Shown here: positions 52,060 to 64,000 of the stretch, piece by piece
How positions within the stretch are numbered: position 1 is the first letter of the stretch
How the letters are laid out: every line of letters starts with the position of its first letter
Assembly (NCBI GenBank): GCA_964016885.1
Contig: OZ024744.1
Coordinates: forward strand, 106,392,001-106,456,000
Direction: 5' to 3'
From: Eledone cirrhosa
Lineage: Eukaryota
Length of the DNA stretch: 64,000 bases
Position numbers and translations under genes: made by a program
The notes under the pieces: model-generated
Database searches by the model: none
Told to the model about the DNA's origin: nothing
The model's input: only the letters and a program-made list of their open reading frames with translations

Positions 52060-55000
52060 TTGAAGAGATAAGACACACTTGACTCTGAAAGGCTAAAATG
52101 AATCACTAGAGCTGCTTAACCACGTTCCAGCCATCCATCCATACAATCTTCCAGGTATCCCTCTATTTCCCAATTGCAAATGTTCCACTCACTCAATTGT
52201 TGTTATATTTATCATCTCACTAGCTTCCACAACATATTTATTTTTACCTTCATTTTCTTTTCCCATGCCGTCCCTCTACGAACTCATCTACTCTCTTCCT
52301 CTCTCATTAGTTGCTGTATTTATCATTTCCTCTCTCTTACACTATTATTAGTGTTGTTGTATTTATCATTTCGCTGTCTCTACAAAGTCATCTACTCCTA
52401 TCGGTTTATTTTGCCATGAGATGCTACAGGCCATGATTTGGCTACCTACCTCACAATTTCCCTCCCTCCCGCCCCCTCACACCACCATAGCCTATTCGAC
52501 CAATCAAACCTCAGCCCCCCCCCCCCCTACCAACCCCAACAAACCCTGCCATTTCTACTACTACCTAACTCTCTCCTCCCCCGTCCCAGCCCAACACACC
52601 CTGCCATTATTACCACCACCACTGTTCTTCTAGCCCTGAATTTTCCTACCGTTATGTATGGATGAGCTGAGAATAAATGGAGCAACTCTGAATTAATAAA
52701 TGAAAATGAATATGAATCCACGAGCTACCAAGCACCCATGTGAAGCCCCAATTCAGAGACAGGAAGCACACACACACACCTGCAAAAATCGACCCTTCCC
52801 TACGAATGTTGACAAATGCCCAAAACTCCGAGTTGGTACCATCAATGTAAGCACAATGAAAGGAAGAGCAGGAGAAATCGTAGAGATGCTAGAGTGAAAG
52901 GAAATTGATGTATGCTGTGTGCAAGAGACTAGATGGAGAGGAGAGTCTGCTAGAGTCCTTGTAGGCAAAAGGCAGTGCTACAAATTTTTCTGGGTGGGAA
53001 ATGACGATGGGATGGGTGGTGTAGGTATACTACTAGCTGACAAGTGGGTAGATAAAGTAATCTCAGTGTACAGGGTAAATGCAAGAATCATTAAACTCAG
53101 ACTAGTCCTGAATAAAACAATTACCACAATAATATCAGCTTACACACTCCAATCGGGGTTGCCAGACGAACTTAAGGATAGATTTTACGAATCCCTAATG
53201 CACACTACTGCTCTAACAAACGACAATGACTTCCTAATCATCGCAGGAGATTTTAACGGACACGTAGGTAAACACTGTGACGGCTTCAATAGAGTCCATG
53301 GAGGCCATGGGGTTGGCACAAGAAATGAAGAAGGATTCAGACTTCTAGAATTCTGCGACGCCAATGACATGTCGATATGTAACACAAACTTCAAAAAACC
53401 CGACAACCACCTGATCACCTATAGATCAGGGGAGCATTCTAGTCAGATAGATTTTATCCTCATCAGAGGACGTGACAGATGGACGGTCGTAAACACAAAA
53501 GCCTTCCCTAGTGAGGAATGTAGCACCCAACATAATGTACGTCCTAACATAGCTTAGTTGTCAGCGACCTCACGGTCAGAACTAAACGAACCTGGAAGCA
53601 GAGGCCAACCTGGAGAAGAAAGATCTGGAAGCTGAAAGACCCCTCGGCCAGTAACAGATTTAAAGATATTTTACTCAATGCCTACGACAGTAAAGAAGAA
53701 CAGATAGAGACATTCAATGTAGAAGAGCACTGGGAGTTCCTAAAAAATAACTTACTAGAGGCGACGGATGAGATCTGTGGCTGGAGTAAGACCACAAGCA
53801 GGAGGAGAGTGACTTGGTGGTGAAACAATAAGGTAGATGAGGCAGTCAAGGCCAAGAAACAGGCAAGGAAAGAATGGAAGAATGGGGGAAGCAGGGTACA
53901 TTACATAGAGACAAAGAGGGAAACTAGGCGACAAGTATACTTAGCTAAGAGGGAAGCAGAGGATAGAAAATTCAAGCATGTTTTGCAATGTGAGGACCAG
54001 AAACAGGAAGTGTTCAAGATTGCGAGGCAGTGTGCCAGAGAGAATTGTGATGTCATTGGAGACAAGTGTATCCGGAATGATAAAGGTGAGCTTGCCCTCA
54101 CAAGTGCTGAGAAGAAAGATGCATGGAAGATCCATTATGATAGATTACTAAATGAGGAGAATGCATGGGAAGAAGAGACCCTACCCCAAGTAGACCCTAT
54201 AGAGGGGCCAGCAGTACAAGTCACCAGCAGCGTAGTAAGTAAGGCAATCAAAGATATGAAGATGGGGAAGGCAACCGGTCCATCGGGTATAGCTGCCGAG
54301 ATGCTGAAGGCATCTGGGTCTGTAGGTCACACTATAACCACACGTATAGTTAACCAGGTAATACTAGAAGGTGTCATTCCAAAAGATTGGTGCAGTAGCA
54401 TCATTGTCAACTGCTACAAAGGTAAAGGTGATGCACTAGATAGAGGAAACTATAAAGGTATAAAGCTGATGGACCAGGTCATGAAAGTAACAGAAAGAGT
54501 TATAGCACAGTTGATTAGGGACCGGGTGAAACTAGATGAGATGCAATTTGGGTTTGTACCAAGAAGAGGCACCACTGATGCCCTCTTCCTTGTGAGGCAG
54601 TTACAGGAAAAGTACCTAGCTAAAAGTAAGCCACTCTACCTGGCATTCGTCGATCTCAAGAAAACCTTTGACAGAGTTCCACGTGCTATAATCTGGTGGG
54701 CTCTTAGAAAACTAGGAGTAGATGAATGGCTTGTGAAAGCTGTACAAGCCATGTATAGGGGAGCAGTCAGAAAGGTTAGGATTAGCAATGAGTATAGCGA
54801 GGAATTTAGCGTACAGGTTGGTGTCCACCAGTTCTTGGTGTCCACCAGTTCTAAGCCCTCTCCTGTTCATCATAGTCCTGCAGGCAATAACGGAGGAGTT
54901 TAAGACCGGATGCCCATGGGAACTTCTGTATGCAGATGACCTCACACTTATAGCTGAATCTATGGTAGAACTAGAGAAGAAATTCTAAACTTGGAAGCAG

Positions 55001-56197
55001 GGACTAGAAAGAAAAGGTCTGAAAGTCAACATGACAAAGACTAAGGTCCTTGTAAGTAGACAAGAAAACAGAACCCAGATCCCCTCAGGGAAATGGCCTT
55101 GCTCAGTATGTAGGAAAGGTGTAGGTAGGAACTCCATTCTCTGCCCCAAATGCAAACAATGGGTACACAAGAGATGTAGCAGGATCTCAGGCAACTTAAT
55201 TAAGAATGTAGGCTTCACATGTAGCAGCTGTGCTGGGACAGCAAGCAGCAAACAGCCACAGGAAACAAGTACCACCAATCTCTGGGAGGGCTCTGTAGAA
55301 ACAGTAGACAACTTCTGCTACCTAGGTGACCGAATTAACAGCAGAGGTGGGTGTTCAGAAAGTACAGTAACTAGGGTAAGAACGGGATGGAAGAAGTTCA
55401 GGGAACTACTGCCACTGCTAGCTGCAAAAGACTTCTCCCTCAAAATGAAAGGCAGACTGTATGATGCGTGTCTCCGAACAGCAATGTTACATGGTAGTGA
55501 AACCTGGGCGCTGAAGGTGGAAGACTTACGTAGATTAGAAAGAAACGAAGCCTACATGCTCCGATGGATGTGTAATAGTAATATACGCAAACGGCAAAGC
55601 ATAAATGAATTGAGAGAGAGACTGAGCATCAGAGGAATCAAATGCTGTGTGCAGGAGAGGCGGATGCGTTGGTATGGACATGTGATGCGTATGAAGGATG
55701 ACAGCTGCATAAAAAGGTGCAGAGCACTAGAAGTCAATGGAAGCCGCGGAGTGGGGAGACCCAAGAAGACCTGGGATGAGGTGATAGGGGCCAACCTTAC
55801 CCAGTTGCACCTCTCAAAGGCGATGACACATGACCGTGACCTCTGGCATCATGCAGTAATACAGAGTACCCGACCTCCCATGGGTACAAGCTGAAGCATA
55901 TAAACAATATGCCCCCACACCCACCCACTGCAAAGTGGTCGTGGAGGAGCCACGGCAAAAAAGCACCCAGCTCACACTGTAAAGTGGACGTGTAGGCGCC
56001 ATGGAAAAAAAGCACCCAGCACTCACTGTAAATGAGGTTGGTGTTAGGAAGGGCATCCAGCTGTAGAACTCAAGCCAGAATCAGTTCCTGTATGAGCAAG
56101 GCATGGTCAGCCGACCAGACACTGCCCACAACATGACAACCCGTCTAACCCATGCTAGCATGGAAGAACGGACGTAAAACGGTGATGATGATGATGA
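52060..56197 (+). mobile_element. RTE family C, near full-length (5'UTR, EN-RT-PHD ORF ~52700-55894, 3'UTR), pseudogenised
   Basis: Contiguous ORF pieces with a few stops and two small duplication frameshifts (~53530-53555, ~54820-54850); modular 3'UTR; (GAT)n tail. The 5' boundary is approximate. Confidence 0.94.
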
Positions 56198-56274
56198 TAT
56201 ATATTAAAATATAAATATTAATAAAATAGATATTCTTTTGATCAATTAAATTTTATTATACATATTTATATATA

Positions 56275-56590
56275 ATGATACACGACCCTGAGATGTTAAA
56301 TGGTTAAGATTTAATCAAGGTAGTCTACCTTAATTAAATCTTAACCATTTAACATCTCAGGCTATGTCATGTATCATTATATTTTGTCTGATGAGGACGT
56401 ACTGTTGTACCTCTGAAATCATCATCATCATTGTTTAACGTGGAAAGTGGACGTTAAACGAGGATGATGATGATGATGATGATGATTTCAGAGGTACAAC
56501 TTATGTAACCAGGCCATTGAAATATATATAGTGTTTTTGCAACAATAAAACTTTAAGGGAACTTCACCAATCCAGTCTCCTGTTATTTTA
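56275..56590 (+). mobile_element. Penelope-like pLTR remnant with fold-backs and interrupted hammerhead core
   Basis: Hairpin at 56275-56380; AUUUUGU-CUGAUGA at 56381-56394; second inversion at 56404-56500. Confidence 0.45.
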
Positions 56591-56802
56591 ATACACACTA
56601 ATACACACACATATGTGCAAAGGGTAAAGAGAAACAACAAAACAAATGACACAGTATTTTGAAGAAATATATTAGTTTAACACTTTTTATAGTAGGAGAA
56701 GTGGCATAATGTTTTGGACACTAGTCCTTCATCAAGATGCAATAGAAAGATAGAGACTGAGAAGAGGAAATAACAGCAAAAAAACATTTTTTGAGAAAAA
56801 CA

Positions 56803-57932
56803 TTCCACGTGCTGTAATCTGGTGGGCTCTTAGAAAACTAGGAGTAGATGAATGGCTTGTGAAAGCTGTACAAGCCATGTATAGGGGAGCAGTCAGCAAA
56901 GTTAGGATTAGCAATGAGTATAGCGAGGAATTTAGCGTACAGGTTGGGGTCCACCAGGGCTCTGTTCTTAGCCCTCTCCTGTTCATCATAGTCCTGTAGG
57001 CAATAACGGAGGAGTTTAAGACCGGATGCCCATGGGAACTCCTGTATGCTGATGACCTCGCACTCATAGCTGAATCTATGGTAGAACTAGAGAAGAAATT
57101 CCAAACTTGGAAGCAGGGACTAGAAAGAAAGGGTCTCAAAGTCAACATGACAAAGACTAAGGTCCTTGTAAGTAGACGAGAAAACAGAACCCAGATCCCC
57201 TCAGGGAAATGGCCTTGCTCAGTATGTAGGAAAGGTGTAGGTAGGAACTCCATTCTCTGCCCCAAATGCAAACAATGGGTACACAAGAGATGTAGCGGGA
57301 TCTCAGGAAGCTTAATTAAGAATGTAGGCTTCACATGTAGCAGCTGTGCTGGGACAGCAAGCAGCAAACAGCCACAGGAAACAAGTACCACCAATCTCTG
57401 GGAGGGCTCTGTAGAGACAGTAGACAGCTTCTGCTACCTAGGTGACCGAATTAGCAGCGGAGGTGGGTGTTCAGAAAGTACAATAACTAGGGTAAGAATG
57501 GGATGGAAGAAGTTCAGGGAACTACTACCACTGCTAGCTGCAAAAGGCTTCTCCCTCAAAATGAAAGGCAGACTGTATGATGCGTGTATCCGAACAGCAA
57601 TGTTACATGGTAGTGAGACCTGGGCACTGAAGGTGGAAGACTTACGTAGATTAGAGAGAAACAAAGCCTGCATGCTCCGATGGATGTGTAATAGTAATAT
57701 ATGCGAACGACAAAGCATAAATGAATTAAGAGACGTGTAGGCGCCACGAAAAAGCACCCAGCACTCACTGTAAATGAGGTTGGTGTTAGGAAGGGCATCC
57801 AGCTGTAGAAATCAAGCCAAATCAGTTCCTGTATGAGCAAGGCATGGTCAGCCGACCAGACACTGCCCACAACAGGACAACCCGTCTAACCCATGCTAGC
57901 GTGGAAGAACGGACGTAAAACGGTGATGATGA
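56803..57932 (+). mobile_element. RTE family C copy, 5'-truncated and internally deleted
   Basis: Close to 54676-55620, then jumps at ~57732 into the 3'UTR. Confidence 0.92.
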
Positions 57933-58206
57933 TATATATATATATATTAAAATAACAGATTAAAGTTTAAGCAAAGAATCGCTGCTTTCACCCTTAACGG
58001 GATCTTCTGATATATATATATATATATCATCATCATTTAACATCTGCTTTATTTACTAGCAAGAGTTCATCATCATCATCATCATCATTGTTTAATGTTT
58101 ATTTTTCCACACTTGCATAGATTAGATGGGTTGTCATGTTATGAAACACGTGAGGTCAGGTGACCAAACTTGCTCATGTGGATCTGTATTTTTGCTTGGT
58201 TTCTGC

Positions 58207-58242
<36 letters not shown>

Positions 58243-58664
58243 TTCAAAACTGGGTCACACAGGACAAAAACAATAGAAAAAACAACAGGTAGATGGACAG
58301 CTTTAAAAAAAAGCTTGCATGGCTAAATCTTTACAATGGGAATTTGTAACAGTGGGGTGCACAGGACAAAGACAATGTAAGAAAACAATAGATAGGCCCA
58401 TCTCCTCAGTCAACCTCTGGAAATCACAACAGTTTCAGGACATTACACAAACATAGATGAAAGAGTCAACTCCCATGTGTGCTGACATAGATCTTTTTCT
58501 GTTTAGTAGGTTTATATGGTCCATTATTAGATCATTTTATTCAATCAAAAAGTTACAACAAAGACTTCTGTTTCAATTTTCAAACTCCACTCATTGCTTT
58601 CTAAACGTTAAACATATTTCCATATATTTAAGTGTGTGTATATATATGTGTATTGTATATATAT

Positions 58665-59005
58665 CATCATCATCATCATTATTTTTACGTCCACTTTTCC
58701 CTGCTTGCAAGGGTGGGACGGGAACTGATTCTGGCTTGATTTCTACAGCTGGATGCCCTTCCTAACACCAACCTCATTTACAGTGAGTGCTGGGTGCTTT
58801 TTTGTCGTGGCAACTCCACGATCACTTTGCAGTGGAATGATAGGAACCCCAGTCCCTATCATCTCATTTCTACAGCTGAGTAAACTGGAGCAATGTGAAA
58901 TAAAGTGTCTTGCTCAAGGAAACAATACATCACCCAGTCTGAGAATTGAACTCACAATCTTTCAATTGCAAGGCCAATGCTCTAACCACTAAGCCAGGTG
59001 CCTCC
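58665..59005 (-). mobile_element. tRNA-CORE SINE
   Basis: Reverse complement of the 12746-13098 family. Confidence 0.9.
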
Positions 59006-59019
59006 ATATATATATATCC

Positions 59020-59637
59020 TTGTCGTCATTGTCATTTTTACGTCTATTTTTATACATTTGCATGGGTTTTCAGCACAGCATCACTTCACTTTCTACATTC
59101 CTTCATCATCTCCTCTGTAAGTCTCAGCGATTTAAAGTCAGCTCTTGCCACCTCTACCCAGGTCTTTCTTGGTCTACATCAACTGCGACCTCCTTCCACT
59201 GGAATTTCCTAACACTTCTTAACTTATCGATCATTAGTCATGCATATCACATGTCCGTACAACTGCAGTCTTCTCTCCTGAACACTACCTTGGATTCCTC
59301 TTAAAACCAGCTTCTCCTAGGTGACTTAATCAACAGGAGGGTGTTCTGAGAGCATAATAGATAGAATAAGGATAGGATGGAAGAAATTAGTGAGCTACTC
59401 CCACTGCTGACAACAAAAGGTTTTTCCCTACGTATAAAAGGACAACTGTATGATGCTTGAGTGCGAAGTGCGATGCTACAAGGTAGTAAAATATGGGCAG
59501 TGACTGCAGAGGACTTGAGTAGATTGGAGAGAAATGAAGCAAACATACTTCGTTAAATATGCAATGTAAATGTGGGAGAAAGGCAGATCTTGGACGTGCT
59601 GTGGAAGAAGCTGGGTTTAAAGGGAATCCAAGGTGTT
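59020..59637. mobile_element. RTE fragment with inverted 5' segment
   Basis: 3' end on minus at 59020-59318; upstream part (LGD..GCSESI..RLERNEA) on plus at 59317-59637. Confidence 0.75.
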
Positions 59638-59793
59638 AGGCTCTCCCCCCCCCCCTCTCTCTCTCTCTATCTTTCTCTCTCTCTCTCTATCTCTCTCTCT
59701 CTTGTATTTTCTACATTCAACAGCGAAGGGCAGAGCAAGCATTTTTCTGCTTACACTCCTCCCCGACAACCTTTTGAATCCCTGGTACACAGC

Positions 59794-59946
59794 TTTGGAA
59801 TCCAGAACACACCACACCTTTGGAATCCAGAGCACACCACACCTTTGGAATCCAGAACACACCACACCTTTGGAATCCAGAGCACACCCCACCTTTGGAA
59901 TCCAGAGCACACCACACCTTTGGAATCCAGAGCACACCACACCTTT
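59794..59946. repeat. 25-bp minisatellite x6
   Basis: TTTGGAATCCAGAGCACACCACACC at 59794, 59819, 59844, 59869, 59894, 59919. Confidence 0.93.
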
Positions 59947-60039
59947 GATCCTCACATCACAGTACATTTGTAAATTCCTTCCTTTCTTCCTCTCCCCTTC
60001 TTACGTGCACGTGATATCTAGCCTCTCTCTTAGCTCTCT

Positions 60040-61400
60040 TGTGTAGTTCTCTGCTGCCCCCAGTTATCCAATCCTTCCATGTTTCTCACTTAGCTTTTAT
60101 AGCTCTATCTATTGCACTATTCAGCCACCATGTCACTCTTCATCTTTCTGGGGCTTTCCCCACCCACAGGTCTAGTCTGTAGCTTTTAGTAAGTTGTTCC
60201 ATAGAAACTCCTCTATTATGGCCTGAAGAACTATAATAAACAGCAGTGGACTAAGAACCAAACCTTGATGAACTCCTACCTGTACCTTGAATCCCTCACT
60301 AAACTCACTTCCTTCTTTCACTTTACTGACAGCTCCTCTGTACATGGCTTGCACTGTTCTCACCAACCATTCTTCTCTGCCTAATTTCATTAACCCTTTC
60401 ACATTTAAACTGGCCATATTCAGCCAGAATTCTCTCACCTCTTTCTGTTCAAACCTGCAGTAACTGGCCCCTCATACTGATGTTAAGGTATTGTTCTCAA
60501 AATAAATAATATCAAAATCTCATAGGTTCAATATTATGTGAGGTAAAGCCTTTAACGTGAAAATACAATAGTATATATATATAGAGTAATCATCATCATT
60601 TTACGTCCGCTTTTCCTTGCTTGTAAGGGTGGGACGGGAACTGGTTCTGGCTTGATTTCTACAGCTGGATGCCCTTCCTAACACCAACCTCATTTACAGT
60701 GAGTGCTGGGTGCTTTATTTTCCGTGGCGCCTACACGTCCACTTTACATTGTGGGCTGGGTGCTTTTTTTTTTTTGCCCTGGCACCTCCACGACCACTTT
60801 GCAGTGGAATGATAGGGACCCTAGTCCCTATCATCTCATTTCTACAGCTGAGTAAACTGGAGCAATGTGAAATAAAGTGTCTTGCTCAAGGAAACAACAC
60901 ATCACCCAGTCTGAGAATTAAACTCACAACCTTTCGATTGCAAGGCCAATGCTCTAACCACTAAGCCATGTGCCTCCATAATGTAAATGCTAAAGGGTTA
61001 ATAACCATCAGATAATAGATCAAGGTACTCTGTCAAAGTATTTCTCCAGATCAACAAAAGCTAAAATTAGTGGCTTATTCTTGGCTAGTAACTTCTTTCG
61101 TAGTTGTCTAAGAAGAGGGCATCTGTAGTACTTTTTCCCAGACATAAAACCAAATGGCATCTCATCTATTTTGACTCTTTCCCTAATTAGCTGTGCTATA
61201 ACTCTCTGTCATTTTTATAACTAGTTTTAGTTTTATCCCTCTATAGTTGCTCCTCTCTTGGTGGGCATCACTTTGCCCTTGTTGAAATTTACAATTGTAC
61301 TATTGTACCAGTCAATGTGTATGACACCATCCCGTATTACCTGATTGACTATACAGATCACAAGCTTGAGTCCTACTCTCACACACATCACATATAACAT
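60040..61400 (-). mobile_element. Scattered decayed RTE fragments (60040-60385, 61025-61400)
   Basis: RVTWW linker, VHQGLVLSPLLF, EMPFGFMSGKSTTDAL remnants. Confidence 0.7.
60590..60977 (-). mobile_element. tRNA-CORE SINE, long variant with an extra hairpin module
   Basis: Same family plus a ~55-bp extra unit (60715-60775) that matches the family C 3'UTR at 55960-56020. Confidence 0.9.
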
Positions 61401-61490
61401 AGCCCCTGACTTCTCCACTAATTCCATTATTCCCTAAATATTTTATCCACCTCCACTAATTGAAACACAATCACCTACGCTCCTAAGTTA

Positions 61491-61809
61491 GGCACTACAA
61501 CGCTATTAGCTGTCAGTCGTGAAAGCAGGCGAAGGTGACATCATTCGTCATCGTTTATTTCCGTATTACTACCACCACGCGTAAGTGGAGTTTTCACGCG
61601 TTTTTTGTTTTTTTATTAAAGCATATCGATGTAAGTGGAGTTACTTAAATGAAAATATAGGTGGCCCTTAAAAGGGCCCAATTAGAAAACAAATTTAAGT
61701 TAATTAGAAAAAAAAAAAAATCCGCTTACGCGTGGTAGTAATACGGAAATAAACGATGTTTTGCTTTCATCGGCTGCTTTCGACTGACAGCTAATAGCGT
61801 TGTAGTGCC
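61491..61809. mobile_element. MITE, Merlin-like (GG-starting TIR, 8-bp TSD)
   Basis: 29-bp perfect TIR GGCACTACAACGCTATTAGCTGTCAGTCG, extending imperfectly to ~90-100 bp; TSD CTAAGTTA at 61483-61490 and 61810-61817. Confidence 0.88.
61658..61678 (-). promoter_or_regulatory. Histone mRNA 3' stem-loop motif
   Basis: Minus strand GGCCCU-UUUA-AGGGCC-ACCUA fits GGYYYU-UYUN-ARRRCC-ACCCA. Confidence 0.65.
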
Positions 61810-62084
61810 CTAAGTTATTTTCTATTCCTCATAATCTCAAACTTCACTAATTTCACTACTTTTTCATCATCATCATTGTCATCGCATATACCAAGTGAAA
61901 CTCAAGAGTAACAAGGTTCAGTGCTTAGCCATAATAAACGAATGTGTATATATATATATTAGATAGGGTGTGGTAAAATACCAGGTGCACCATAACCCAC
62001 CCGAGTACTTGATACTTGGGGTGTTAGAGTGGCCCTGAATCTTTTCACATATATATATATTATATATATACTAGACTTTGCAGC

Positions 62085-62223
62085 ATAGAGTTGCGGCCCT
62101 TTATGGTCTGAGTTCAAATCCCGCCGAGGTTAATTTTGCCTTTCATCCTTACGGGGTCGATAAAATAAAGTACCAGTAATACACTGGGATAATTGCTGGC
62201 CTTGTGCCAAATGTAGAAACAAT
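62085..62223 (+). mobile_element. Nin-type SINE (5'-truncated)
   Basis: B box, Nin-like domain, GGCCTTGTGCC..TAGAAAC tail. Confidence 0.8.
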
Positions 62224-62442
62224 TATATATATACTAGGCTACCTGTGACCCGTTGGGTCACGTTCACTTCAAAATATTTTTTTTAAATCATGTTCACTTA
62301 AAAATAATTTTTAAATAATTAATATATACGTGTGTGTATGTATATATATAAATGTGTGTGTGTATATACATATATATATGTATGTGTGTGTATATATATA
62401 TATAAATGTGGGTGTCTGTGATCTATATACACATATATATTA

Positions 62443-62780
62443 TCATCATCATTTCATTTTACGTCCGCTTTTTCCCTGCTTGCAAGGGTGGGACGGGAAC
62501 TGATTCTGGCTTGATTTCTACAGCTGGATGCCCTTCCTAACACCAACCTCATTTACAGTGAGTGCTGGGTGCTTTTTTGCCGTGGCACCTCCATGACCAC
62601 TTTACAGTGGAATGATAGGGACCCCTGTCCCTATCATCTCATTTCTACAGCTGAGTAAACTGGAGCAATGTGAAATAAAGTGTCTTGCTCAAGGAAACAA
62701 CACATCACTCGGTCTGAGAATTGAACTCACAACCTTTTGATTGCAAGGCCAATGCTCTAACCACTAAGCCATATGCCTCC
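62443..62780 (-). mobile_element. tRNA-CORE SINE
   Basis: Reverse complement of the 12746-13098 family. Confidence 0.9.
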
Positions 62781-62794
62781 ATATATATATATAC

Positions 62795-62847
<53 letters not shown>

Positions 62848-63087
62848 AGAAGGTAGTACAGCATAATCGAAGCTCTGGTTGCGGGCAAGCTAACGAATGC
62901 AGTTGGGATGTGCAGCTAAAGCACTCAATAAGGAATTTACCTTAGAGTTATAACATTACGTTTAGACAGCTATGCAAATTGAAGACAGCGACCGAAATGC
63001 GAGCCGCTAGGACCAGAACAACGAAAAAAAAACGACTCAGGAAAATCTTTGACAATTACCTGGACCATCATGGATATATTACATAAT

Positions 63088-63246
63088 TGTTTCTACGTTA
63101 GGCACAAGGCCAGCAATTACCCAGTGTATTACTGGTACTTTATTTTATCGACCCCCGTAAGGTTGAAAGGCAAAGTTAACCTCGGCGGGATTCGAACTCA
63201 GAATGGCAAGGGCCGTAACTCTATGCCTCAAAGCATGGCGCCCGAC
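63088..63246 (-). mobile_element. Nin-type SINE (5'-truncated)
   Basis: Same family as 47028-47214. Confidence 0.8.
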
Positions 63247-63723
63247 CCTAATATTATATAACATCTCCACTAGGTTTCTGTAAATCCGAAATCAACAAAA
63301 TCCATTTGCAGGAGCCTGGCCTGCAGGTTAATTGGTCTTTGGAAGATAGAACAGTGGAATTTACTTCGTCAACAAGTTTTCGTTCTGCCGCCACCGGTTG
63401 TAAGAACTAGTAGTAAACACTGCCAGTAGTCACGTGGTTTATCCGCAACAAAACCACCAGCTCTCTCTCTCTCTTCCATTCTCCTTCTCTGTCTCCTCCC
63501 TTCTCTCTATGTCTCTCTTTCAATCTACTCTCTCATAACCACTATCTCTTTCTCTCTATCCTTCTCTCTCTCTGTTTATGAAGGTACCTGGAAAAACCCT
63601 TGTAACTAACAACAGATAGTATCAACTACGAGAAACACTATTTCTTTGATCTGATTTGATGATCAATTCCTTTCCTTATTTTTTTGTTTGTAATGTTGAA
63701 GTAAACATTTTTCTCTTATCTAG

Positions 63724-63827
63724 ATTGATATACAGAACTGTACAGTTCCATCACTTGGTGTTAAAAATGCCACATCACCATTACCATCAACATTTCAACA
63801 GGAAGAGTACGAAGAACAAGATCAAAG
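63724..63827 (+). other. Candidate host-gene exon (104 nt)
   Basis: Polypyrimidine acceptor tttttctcttatctAG|, donor AAG|GTacg; open as IDIQNCTVPSLGVKNATSPLPSTFQQEEYEEQDQ, or from an internal AAAATG as MPHHHYHQHFNRKSTKNKIK. Confidence 0.45.
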
Positions 63828-63875
63828 GTACGAAACATATTTCATGTTAATTTCTCAGGATTTAATATTTCAGCC

Positions 63876-64000
63876 TATTAACCCTTTTCTTACTAGATTT
63901 CTAATATTAACCCTTTTCTTACTAGATTTCTAATATTAACCCTTTTCTTACAAGATTTCTAATATTAACCCTTTTCTTACTAGATTTCTAATATTAACCC
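63876..64000. repeat. 29-bp minisatellite (>=4 copies, runs off window)
   Basis: TATTAACCCTTTTCTTACTAGATTTCTAA period. Confidence 0.93.

Overview
AT-rich, repeat-saturated animal DNA, most likely a cephalopod (octopus-like). That assignment is inferred from the (TA)n/(CA)n/(CAT)n density, the tRNA-CORE and Nin-type SINEs and the RTE-dominated LINE content. No complete host gene is visible; there are only two weak candidate exons (1696-1775 minus, 63724-63827 plus). The window is a nested graveyard of mobile elements. It holds more than 15 RTE-clade LINE copies, including three related families (my labels A/B/C) with a PHD finger inserted inside the RT domain, plus conventional RTE/BovB/Expander-like, CR1-like and CRE-like fragments. 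Penelope-like (GIY-YIG) fragments and their pseudo-LTRs carry at least three families of type I hammerhead ribozymes, and there are non-autonomous Helitrons, SINEs and a Merlin-like MITE. Most notable: (1) the PHD-in-RT retrotransposons; (2) a MITE with an 8-bp TSD carrying a canonical histone-mRNA 3' stem-loop; (3) a repeated hairpin module found in the 5'UTR of one LINE family, the 3'UTR of two others and the body of a SINE; (4) two twin-priming-like 5' inversions in RTE elements; (5) repeated conversion of retroelement pieces into minisatellites, one of them an in-frame 27-copy RT repeat; (6) long near-perfect palindromes next to (TA)n tracts. Boundaries of decayed elements are approximate.
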